A DNA stretch of 39,777 bases from sequence record SRR31156797_3528. One strand, given 5' to 3'. How positions within the stretch are numbered: position 1 is the first letter of the stretch; each line of letters starts with the position of its first letter. Position numbers and translations under genes: made by a program. Positions 9,115 through 16,893 of this stretch are shown piece by piece. A model generated the notes under the pieces. That model saw nothing but the letters and a program-made list of their open reading frames with translations. It had not been told where the DNA came from and did not search any database.

Positions 9115-11073
9115 GTGAGTAGAATCTTGTACATACTGGCGCTTGTCTTTATAATAGCAAGCTGTTCCTCCGAAGGAGAAAAAAGTAGTTTGCCGGATGC
9201 AGATATACCTTTATCTATTCGCGAGACAGATTCTGTTGTGGTAGCAAGTCTTATTAGTAAGTCCAAAGCGAACTTTAGTCTGAATAAAACCACTACGCCT
9301 GCTTTTGATGAATATTTGAAAGATGCAGAAGAATTAGCTATCAGTAATGATTTTCAAAAGCCACTATCCGAAATTTATCACCTTGTTGGAGTAAGACACC
9401 GTAATAGGTCTGAATACGGTGATGCCATTCGTTTTGCAACCAAAGCATTAGACATAGGAAAAACACTTGATGATAAATCAACTTTGGCTAACTATATAAA
9501 TATGGCTGCGGTGGTTTATCGCAGAGTAGATGAGAATAGTAAAGCTATGGAGTTGCACATGCAGGCCATGGAGTTGGCAGAAGAGGTGAATGATTCCTTT
9601 CAAATAGCCGTGTCATTAAATGGAGTTGGAAATGTGTATCTAAACCTGGAGCGTTACCATGCTTCCATAGAGTATTTTAAGCAATCATTTGAAATAGCGG
9701 TATCCAGAGGAAATGTATTAGGACAAGCTATTAACGCCAATAATATAGGAGAATCCTTAAAGTATATTGGTGAAATTGATTCAGCATTGGTTTATTTTTA
9801 TGAATCGTTGGATTACAATACGCAGATTGATTCCAAGGTTGGGCAGGCGATTTGTTTTAATAGTATTGGGGATGCGTATCGCTTAAAGAAGGATTATAAT
9901 CAGGCATTAAAATATTTAAGAAAAGCCCTGGTTTTAAACAGAGAAACCCGCGACTTTATTAATGTGGCGGTGAGTTATTCTATCCTGGGAGAAACTTATC
10001 TGGAAGTGCATGATTATGAGAATGCAATTATAAATCTAAAAGAAGGTTTAAGGATTGGTCAGGAAATTGGTTCAAAATACATGATTGAAACCTGTGCTCG
10101 GTTACTATCGCAATCCTATGAAAAACAATATAATCTCAGAAGGTCGTTGGAATATTTAAAACTTTCGCAAGCTTATAAGGATAGTATTTTTGATGAAAAG
10201 AGTGTTAGGCACATAGCTGTTATTACCACAACGCATGAGGCAGAACAAGCCAAGGCAAAAATTGTACAGTTAAATAATGAATCAAGTCTGCAAAAGAGTT
10301 TAATCAAACAGCAAAAGAGAGCGATTGTATATTTTGTCTTTTTTGTGTTGGCTATCATTGGAGCGGCTATTCTTATTTATCGCCAATCAAAATTAAATGA
10401 AGGATACAAAAGTATTTTAATGCAGCAGCGCTTGTTGCGTTCGCAAATGAATCCTCATTTTATATTTAATGCTTTAAGTGCTATTCAGGTTTATATCCTG
10501 GAGAATGACATGGATAATTCTTCCCGATTTTTGGCTGATTTTGCCAAGTTAATGAGGTTAGTGCTCCGAAGTTCACAACGAGAATATATCACTTTGGAGG
10601 AAGAAAAAGATATGCTGGAATACTATTTAAAATTACAGCAGCTTCGCTTTGTAGATTCGTTTGATTTTGAAGTTTCAATTGAAGAGGAATTAGATGCGCG
10701 CGAGGTTTTAATTCCGCCAATGATTACCCAGCCATTTGTGGAAAACTCTATTGAGCATGGATTAAAATCTTTAGGGAGAGATGGTAGAGTAAAAGTGAGG
10801 TTTAGATCAATTAATAAAAAATTACTGGTTGAAATAGAAGATAATGGTATTGGTTTGACCGGAGCAAAACTTAGAAAAGATAGTTCAAGTAAACATGAGT
10901 CTATGGCTACCCAAATTACTAACGACAGACTTCATGTTATTGAAAAGATGACAAAAACAGAAACACTTTTTGAGATAAATGATCTACAGGAAATTTCACC
11001 GCAAAAAAGTGGAGTGCTTGTAAGAATAGAAATTCCAATAATAGAAGCTGAAGATTTGGCTAAAAAGAAATAA
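9115..11073 (+). CDS. TPR-repeat sensor histidine kinase, LytS/YehU family
   Basis: GTG start with lipobox-like IIASC; multiple TPRs; one TM helix; LLRSQMNPHFIFNAL, IPPMITQPFVENSIEHG and IEDNGIG motifs. Confidence 0.92.
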   Translation: MSRILYILALVFIIASCSSEGEKSSLPDADIPLSIRETDSVVVASLISKSKANFSLNKTTTPAFDEYLKDAEELAISNDFQKPLSEIYHLVGVRHRNRSEYGDAIRFATKALDIGKTLDDKSTLANYINMAAVVYRRVDENSKAMELHMQAMELAEEVNDSFQIAVSLNGVGNVYLNLERYHASIEYFKQSFEIAVSRGNVLGQAINANNIGESLKYIGEIDSALVYFYESLDYNTQIDSKVGQAICFNSIGDAYRLKKDYNQALKYLRKALVLNRETRDFINVAVSYSILGETYLEVHDYENAIINLKEGLRIGQEIGSKYMIETCARLLSQSYEKQYNLRRSLEYLKLSQAYKDSIFDEKSVRHIAVITTTHEAEQAKAKIVQLNNESSLQKSLIKQQKRAIVYFVFFVLAIIGAAILIYRQSKLNEGYKSILMQQRLLRSQMNPHFIFNALSAIQVYILENDMDNSSRFLADFAKLMRLVLRSSQREYITLEEEKDMLEYYLKLQQLRFVDSFDFEVSIEEELDAREVLIPPMITQPFVENSIEHGLKSLGRDGRVKVRFRSINKKLLVEIEDNGIGLTGAKLRKDSSSKHESMATQITNDRLHVIEKMTKTETLFEINDLQEISPQKSGVLVRIEIPIIEAEDLAKKK

Positions 11074-11087
11074 GGAGGAAGAAGCGT

Positions 11088-11876
11088 ATGGATAAAGTTA
11101 AAATTCTTATTGCAGATGATGATTATAGAATCTGTGAAGCGATAGAAAAAATTTTATACGAAAATTTCATTACGGTTGAGGTTGTTGCACAAACCAATTC
11201 TGTAGAAAATACAATTGAGGCTTTAAATGAAGTAAAGCCACATATTGCCATATTGGATATTCATTTAATTGGAGGAACGGCCATCGAAGTCTTTCGTCAA
11301 ACAAGTCACTTGAATTATAAGGTTATTTTCATGTCGGCTTATCAGGAATATATATTGGACAATATTCGTTTTGCATCCATCGATTTTATTTATAAGCCTC
11401 TAGATATTAACGATCTGATAGTTGCAGTAGATCAGGTGATTTCTTCTTTAGTAGAAGAGGGGTATCGTAAAAAAATAGAAGCTTTTTTTAATAATACAGA
11501 TACAGAAGAAAAAGCCAAAGAAATTGTATTTAAAACAAATAATAGTTTGCTTAAAGCCAGAATTGATGATATTATATGTGGAGAATCAATTTATGGTGGT
11601 TCGCGATTTCATTTCAATAGCATAAAGCCAATAGAAACATCAAAGCCTTTGCGAAGATATGAAGCGATGTTACAATCTTATTTGTTTTACAGATGCCATT
11701 CGCATTACGTTATCAATTTTAATCATATCAATCATCTCGATTTTATGTCTCAAACTATATTGTTGAGTAATGGGATGTCTATTCAGTTAGAAAAACGAAA
11801 AATGGAAGGATTGACAAAGCGTTTAGAAAAATTAGAGGTAAACCGACCTATGATGTCCGGATTGAATCTCTCATAA
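11088..11876 (+). CDS. LytTR family response regulator
   Basis: REC domain (ADDD, LDIHL, SAY, YKP) plus LytTR domain (FYRCHSHYVIN). Confidence 0.92.
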   Translation: MDKVKILIADDDYRICEAIEKILYENFITVEVVAQTNSVENTIEALNEVKPHIAILDIHLIGGTAIEVFRQTSHLNYKVIFMSAYQEYILDNIRFASIDFIYKPLDINDLIVAVDQVISSLVEEGYRKKIEAFFNNTDTEEKAKEIVFKTNNSLLKARIDDIICGESIYGGSRFHFNSIKPIETSKPLRRYEAMLQSYLFYRCHSHYVINFNHINHLDFMSQTILLSNGMSIQLEKRKMEGLTKRLEKLEVNRPMMSGLNLS

Positions 11877-11879
11877 TTT

Positions 11880-12398
11880 TTATAAGTAGAAGCGCCATGG
11901 CTTCTTCGACCAAATGTCACCAGAATACTCAATTCCTATTCTGGCTGAGGTATTAATTTTTAAATTTTCTGCGCTGTCTAAGGTTTTTTCAATCCAAATT
12001 CGTTCAGATTGCAGTAAATCTTCGCCATAAAAACTACGATCCAGTTTTAAGGCTTTTCCAACTCGTCCTGGTCCGGAAATATTTTCTAATCCTCTTATCA
12101 GAACCGCTTGTGGTTCATTTTCTTTTCCACTCACAACATTCAGCATCCAATACATTCCGTAAATTAAGTACACATATACTTTGCCTCCTTCGTGGTACAT
12201 AATTTCTGTTCGTTTGGTTCTTCCTTTACTGGCGTGGCAAGCTAAATCGTCTTCGCCACAATAGGCTTCTACTTCTGTAATTTTAAGTTTTAGTGTAGTG
12301 CCGTCTTCGAATTTGCGTACCAATATTTTGCCCAGGATATTTTTTGCAAGCGCTACGGCATCTATTGTGTAAAAATCTTTACTGAGTTTAGGTAACAT
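11880..12398 (-). CDS. mpg: DNA-3-methyladenine glycosylase (Mpg/AAG family)
   Basis: ITEVEAY, DLACHA, YVYLIYGMY, AVLIR, GPG, RIGI and PWRF motifs. Confidence 0.95.
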   Translation of the reverse strand: MLPKLSKDFYTIDAVALAKNILGKILVRKFEDGTTLKLKITEVEAYCGEDDLACHASKGRTKRTEIMYHEGGKVYVYLIYGMYWMLNVVSGKENEPQAVLIRGLENISGPGRVGKALKLDRSFYGEDLLQSERIWIEKTLDSAENLKINTSARIGIEYSGDIWSKKPWRFYL

Positions 12399-12399
12399 C

Positions 12400-12870
12400 T
12401 TAGTACACTATTTTATCTTCATTTTCTTCCCAAAGTTTAAATGCGCTTAAGGCTTCCTTGTTTAATAATTGGGTCGATTTTAGTTTGCGTTGTTCTAATT
12501 CTTTGTCAATTTCCTGATAGATAAAATCATCGCTAAAGCCTATGGATGCGGCATCTTTTTTAGTGTTGCCATAATACATGTTATCAATTCCGGCCCAATA
12601 GATAGCGCCTAAGCACATAGGGCACGGTTCGCAAGATGTATATATAGTACATCCGCTTAAATCAAATGTATTTAAATTTTGTGCAGCATTTCTAATGGCT
12701 GTAACTTCTGCGTGTGCTGTTGGGTCATTGTTAGAAGTAACCTGATTAAATCCTTCTGCAATTATTTTGTCATCTTTTACAATGATGGCTCCAAAAGGAC
12801 CTCCACCATTATTGACGTTATTAACTGAGAGCTCGATGGCTCTTTGCATATATTTAATGTGTTTATCCAT
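12400..12870 (-). CDS. guaD: Guanine/nucleoside deaminase (CDA-fold zinc deaminase)
   Basis: GGPFGA, DPTAHAEV and SCEPCPMCLGAIYWA motifs, GFSDDFIY, and a C-terminal Tyr as in B. subtilis GuaD. Confidence 0.88.
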   Translation of the reverse strand: MDKHIKYMQRAIELSVNNVNNGGGPFGAIIVKDDKIIAEGFNQVTSNNDPTAHAEVTAIRNAAQNLNTFDLSGCTIYTSCEPCPMCLGAIYWAGIDNMYYGNTKKDAASIGFSDDFIYQEIDKELEQRKLKSTQLLNKEALSAFKLWEENEDKIVY

Positions 12871-12939
12871 TTAATTTGTTTAAGAATAATAGTACCAAAA
12901 CGTATAAAATTTAGATGGTTTTGATTTTGTTTTAACCTT

Positions 12940-12947
12940 CAAATATA
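12940..12947 (-). promoter_or_regulatory. -7 promoter element for guaD-mpg
   Basis: Minus strand reads TATATTTG about 70 nt upstream of the ATG. Confidence 0.45.
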
Positions 12948-13132
12948 ATAATTGTGCTTAAACTAGGTAATAGAGCAATAAATAGAAAATAAGGACTGAT
13001 CGAGTTGTTAATAACTATATCTTATTTTTATTAGAGTAGGATATAACTGCAAGATTACTAGAATGGTTTGCTGGTAAAATAATTTCAAAAAACTTGTTGA
13101 TATTTTTGTATTTTGTTGGGTAAAACAAAAAT

Positions 13133-13146
13133 AAACTGTACTTTTG
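13133..13146 (+). promoter_or_regulatory. rplM operon promoter (-7 element TACTTTTG), copy 1 of a 14-bp direct repeat
   Basis: aaactgTACTTTTGcgcc, with TTG elements about 20 nt upstream; the same 14-mer recurs at 13265-13278. Confidence 0.65.
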
Positions 13147-13166
13147 CGCCCGATTATTATTCGTGC

Positions 13167-13270
13167 CGAACAGTTTAAGGCAATATAACTGAACAAGTTA
13201 TAAGCATATCTTCGATGGGAAGTTGATATCTATATATTTGTTAGTTAGGTTGTTATGCTGTTTGAAACTG
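13167..13270 (+). ncRNA. Candidate structured 5' leader of the rplM operon (r-leader-like long hairpin)
   Basis: Nested pairings 13167-74/13257-64, 13179-84/13249-54, 13186-90/13243-47, 13192-98/13236-42 and 13206-10/13225-29. Confidence 0.5.
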
Positions 13271-13314
13271 TACTTTTGTAATAATTTTAAGTTTTAATTT
13301 TAACAAAGAAGACT

Positions 13315-13770
13315 GTGAATACTTTAAGTTACAAAACAGTATCGGCAAACAAAGCAACTGCTAATAAGGAGTGGGTTGTAGTAGATGCAACAGACATGGT
13401 TGTAGGTCGTTTGGCTTCTAAAGTAGCTAAGTTGCTACGTGGAAAGTACAAGCCAAATTATACACCTCATGTAGATTGTGGTGATAACGTTGTTATTATC
13501 AATGCAGACAAAGTTCGTTTAACAGGAAACAAGTGGGAAGGAAGAGAATTCTTTTATCATTCAGGATTTCCAGGTGGACGTACAAATGTAACTCCTGCAG
13601 AATTGTTTGCAAAGAGTCCTGAGAGACTTGTTGAGAGAGCTGTAAAAGGAATGTTACCTAAAACTCGTTTAGGTCGTCAGTTGTTCCGCAACCTTTTTGT
13701 GTATGCTGGAGCTGAGCACAAACAAGAGGCGCAAAAGCCTAAAACAATTGATTTAAACTTATATAAGTAA
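13315..13770 (+). CDS. rplM: 50S ribosomal protein L13
   Basis: GTG start; WVVVDA, GRLAS, YTPHVDCGD and VKGMLPK motifs. Confidence 0.99.
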   Translation: MNTLSYKTVSANKATANKEWVVVDATDMVVGRLASKVAKLLRGKYKPNYTPHVDCGDNVVIINADKVRLTGNKWEGREFFYHSGFPGGRTNVTPAELFAKSPERLVERAVKGMLPKTRLGRQLFRNLFVYAGAEHKQEAQKPKTIDLNLYK

Positions 13771-13775
13771 TGAGT

Positions 13776-14162
13776 ATGGAAGTAATAAACGCAATTGGTA
13801 GAAGAAAAGCAGCTGTAGCCCGTATTTATATGGGAGAAGGTAAAGGACAAATTACCATCAACAAGCGTGATCTTAAGGATTTCTTTCCATCACCCATCTT
13901 ACAATATATCGTAACTCAGCCGTTAAATACTATAGGAGTAGCTGAAAACTATGATATTAAAGTAAATATCTACGGTGGTGGTATCAAAGGACAAGCAGAA
14001 GCTATCCGTTTAGCTATTGCTCGTGCACTAGTAAAAGTTGACGAAGAAAATAAACCAGCTTTAAAAGCTCAAGGATTTATGACTCGCGACGCAAGAGTTG
14101 TTGAGCGTAAAAAACCAGGACAACCTAAAGCTCGTAAGAAATTTCAATTTAGTAAGCGTTAA
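13776..14162 (+). CDS. rpsI: 30S ribosomal protein S9
   Basis: GRRKAAVAR, GGGIKGQAEAIR and C-terminal QFSKR. Start placed at the second ATG (MEVINAIG); 13770 is an alternative. Confidence 0.99.
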   Translation: MEVINAIGRRKAAVARIYMGEGKGQITINKRDLKDFFPSPILQYIVTQPLNTIGVAENYDIKVNIYGGGIKGQAEAIRLAIARALVKVDEENKPALKAQGFMTRDARVVERKKPGQPKARKKFQFSKR

Positions 14163-14175
14163 TATTTTTCGGGTG

Positions 14176-14281
14176 CGTTTAGTATCTAAATTCCTGAGAT
14201 TTTTTTCAAAGATAAGCGCTGTGCAAAACATGGGAGTATCGAAAGAACTACTCGGGAGTTGAAAAAATCAGAATGTAAACG
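14176..14281 (+). ncRNA. Candidate cis-regulatory RNA upstream of rpsB (S2 leader-like)
   Basis: cgttta(14176-81)/taaacg(14276-81), aattcctgag(14189-98)/ctcgggagtt(14251-60), ttttttc(14201-07)/gaaagaa(14241-47) and gata/tatc form a nested multi-stem. Confidence 0.55.
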
Positions 14282-14299
14282 ACTTTTAAAAAGCTAAAA

Positions 14300-15115
14300 A
14301 TGGCAAGAACAAATTTTGATGAATTATTAGAGGCCGGTGTACACTTCGGTCACTTAAAAAGAAAATGGAATCCAGCTATGGCTCCTTATATTTTTATGGA
14401 GCGTAACGGTATTCACATTATCGATCTACATAAAACTGTTGCTAAAATTGAAGAAGCAGCAAGCGCATTAAAACAGATTGCAAGATCTGGGCGAAAAATT
14501 TTATTCGTAGCTACTAAAAAACAAGCAAAAGAAATTATTGCTGAAAAAATGAAAGGTGTTAACATGCCTTATGTTGTGGAGCGTTGGCCTGGAGGTATGC
14601 TTACAAACTTCCCAACAATCCGTAAGGCAGTTAAAAAAATGGGTTCTATCGATAAAATGATGGCTGACCCAAGTGCATGGAAAAACCTTTCAAAAAGAGA
14701 GCGTCTGCAAATTACTCGTCAAAGAGCTAAATTAGAAAAAACATTAGGTAGTATTTCTGATCTCACTCGTCTTCCTGCAGCTATGTTCGTTATTGATGTA
14801 ATGAAAGAGCACATTGCAGTTCGTGAGGCTAACAGATTGAACATTCCTGTGTTTGGAGTAGTTGATACTAACTCTGATCCTTCAGCGTTAGACTATGTAA
14901 TTCCTGCAAATGATGATGCTACAAAATCTATCGAATTAATTACTGATATCATGGTGAAAGCTATTGAAGAAGGATTAAGCGAAAGAAAAGTAGATCGTGA
15001 AGCAGAAGCAGCAGCTAAAAAAGATAAGCCAGCAAAAAAAGAAGCGGCTAAAAAAGAAGCTGTAGCAGAAGAGAAAGCTCCTGAAGCTCCAAAAGAAGAA
15101 GGTAAAACTGAATAA
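14300..15115 (+). CDS. rpsB: 30S ribosomal protein S2
   Basis: AGVHFGH, WNPAM, RWPGGMLTNF, VDTNSDP and PANDD motifs; Ala/Glu/Lys-rich tail. Confidence 0.99.
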   Translation: MARTNFDELLEAGVHFGHLKRKWNPAMAPYIFMERNGIHIIDLHKTVAKIEEAASALKQIARSGRKILFVATKKQAKEIIAEKMKGVNMPYVVERWPGGMLTNFPTIRKAVKKMGSIDKMMADPSAWKNLSKRERLQITRQRAKLEKTLGSISDLTRLPAAMFVIDVMKEHIAVREANRLNIPVFGVVDTNSDPSALDYVIPANDDATKSIELITDIMVKAIEEGLSERKVDREAEAAAKKDKPAKKEAAKKEAVAEEKAPEAPKEEGKTE

Positions 15116-15142
15116 TTTTAACCATCTAAATTAGATAAAATC

Positions 15143-15967
15143 ATGGCGATTAAAGCTGCTGACGTAAAAAAACTCAGAGAAATGACCGGAGCCGGTATGA
15201 TGGACTGTAAAAAGGCATTAACCGAAACAGATGGTGATTTTAACGCTGCTGTTGAAATCATTCGTAAAAAAGGTCAGGCAATGGCAAATAAACGTGCCGA
15301 TCGTGAAACAACTGAAGGTACTTCAAGAGCAAAAGTAACTGCCGACGGTAAAAAAGGTGCTGTTATCATTTTAAAGTGTGAAACAGACTTTGTTGGTAAA
15401 AACGAAAGTTTTGTTGCTTTAGCTGATTCTATCCTTGAAGCTGCGCTTAACAGCGAAGTTACTGTTAAAGAGGATATTCTTGAGCTAGAAATGGATGGTG
15501 TAAAAATTAAAGATGTAATCACTGAGCAAATTGGTGTTATCGGTGAGAAAATCGAAATTGAGGATTATGCTGTAATTTCTGCTGAAAATGTTGTTCCTTA
15601 TATTCACCCGGGTAGCCAACTTTCTGTTATTGTAGGTTTTAACCAGGCAGATTTTGAAGAGCAAGCAGGTAAAGATGTGGCTATGCAAGTAGCGGCAATG
15701 GCTCCTGTAGGCGTTGATAAAGAATCTGTTCCTGCTGAAATCGTTGAGCAAGAATTAAGAATTGGTAAAGAAAAAGCTCGTGAAGAAGGTAAGCCTGAAG
15801 CAATGCTTGATAAAATTGCACAAGGTCGTTTAGGTAAATTCTTTAAAGAATCTACTTTGCTTGAGCAAGCTTTTGTTAAAGATAACAAAAAGAGCATTAA
15901 GCAATACCTTAACGAAACTAGCGCAGGTTTAACTGTTACTGAGTTTAAGCGTTTTTCTTTAAGCTAA
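15143..15967 (+). CDS. tsf: Elongation factor Ts
   Basis: LREMTGAGMMDCKKAL, CETDFV, IGEK, AMQVAAM and LLEQAFVKD motifs. Confidence 0.99.
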   Translation: MAIKAADVKKLREMTGAGMMDCKKALTETDGDFNAAVEIIRKKGQAMANKRADRETTEGTSRAKVTADGKKGAVIILKCETDFVGKNESFVALADSILEAALNSEVTVKEDILELEMDGVKIKDVITEQIGVIGEKIEIEDYAVISAENVVPYIHPGSQLSVIVGFNQADFEEQAGKDVAMQVAAMAPVGVDKESVPAEIVEQELRIGKEKAREEGKPEAMLDKIAQGRLGKFFKESTLLEQAFVKDNKKSIKQYLNETSAGLTVTEFKRFSLS

Positions 15968-15992
15968 TAGTTTTACGCTATTTATAATATAC

Positions 15993-16030
15993 AATCCCGA
16001 TTCTGATTTCAGAATCGGGATTTTTATTTT
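15993..16030 (+). terminator. Rho-independent terminator of the rplM-tsf operon
   Basis: Perfect inverted repeat aatcccgattctga / tcagaatcgggatt followed by Ts. Confidence 0.92.
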
Positions 16031-16045
16031 ATCACAACATAGTTT

Positions 16046-16795
16046 ATGAACCGAATTTCAAAGGCAGATAAAAGTTTTATCCGTAAGGTTATTAACCTTT
16101 CCGGAAAGGCCATTAATCAGTTTAAAATGATTGCTGCTGATGATAAAATATTGATTGCCGTTTCAGGAGGCAAAGATTCTTTGGCTTTGCTGGATATACT
16201 TTCGGAAAGAAGAAAGTTCTTACCGATCAATTACGAGCTGCATGCTATTCATATTATTACGGATGATGTTCCGTATGAAATAGATCAGGATTTCTTATCG
16301 GGCTTTTGTGAAGAACGAGATGTCCATTTGCATTTGATAAAAACACATGCCGGAATAGAAGAAAATCCGAATAAAAAACCTTGCTTTACCTGTTCCTGGA
16401 ATCGCAGAAAAGAATTGTTTGATTTTACACGTAAACACGATTTTAAAAAAGTAGCCTTTGGTCACCATTTAGATGATGCTATTGAAACTTTAATGATGAA
16501 TATGCTCATGCATGCCAACATTTCATCCATCCCGGGTAAATTGAGTATGTTCGAGAATGAACTGGAAATTATCAGACCATTAATATTTCTTACCAATAAA
16601 GAAATGCAAAGGTATGCTCAAATAAAACACTTTGTGTCACTTAAAAGAGAATGCCCTTATGAAGATCATACCTTACGAAATACAACGAGGCAAATGATTA
16701 ATCAGTTTGAAAATTTAAATCCTCAGGCCAGAATCAATCTTTTTAATAGCATGAGTCATATTGATTCAGCATACTTGCCTAACTCAGAAGGTTAA
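16046..16795 (+). CDS. ttcA: tRNA 2-thiocytidine biosynthesis protein, TtcA family
   Basis: PP-loop SGGKDS, CFTC, GHHLDD, IIRPL and a C-terminal CP. Confidence 0.88.
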   Translation: MNRISKADKSFIRKVINLSGKAINQFKMIAADDKILIAVSGGKDSLALLDILSERRKFLPINYELHAIHIITDDVPYEIDQDFLSGFCEERDVHLHLIKTHAGIEENPNKKPCFTCSWNRRKELFDFTRKHDFKKVAFGHHLDDAIETLMMNMLMHANISSIPGKLSMFENELEIIRPLIFLTNKEMQRYAQIKHFVSLKRECPYEDHTLRNTTRQMINQFENLNPQARINLFNSMSHIDSAYLPNSEG

Positions 16796-16864
16796 AAACC
16801 TTTAAAATCAGTCTTGTTACAACTACTTTTAATATAAGCATCATATAATACCAGAAATAAACGC

Positions 16865-16872
16865 TACCTTTG
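16865..16872 (+). promoter_or_regulatory. -7 promoter element for typA
   Basis: TACCTTTG(CA) 21 nt upstream of the ATG at 16894. Confidence 0.7.
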
Positions 16873-16893
16873 CACCTCATTTTTTATAGTCGT

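Noticed and set aside
13008..13196. 62-aa minus-strand ORF
   Set aside because: It overlaps the rplM promoter and leader and has no recognisable protein features.
15274..15897. Three antisense ORFs within tsf, and similar ones within typA, lolC/E, dusB, rbfA, the PL4 gene and others
   Set aside because: These are shadow ORFs of well-supported genes and have no motifs or independent expression signals.
16870..16893. N-terminal extension of TypA given by the ORF track
   Set aside because: The TTG lies within the TACCTTTG promoter element, and homology begins at the ATG at 16894.
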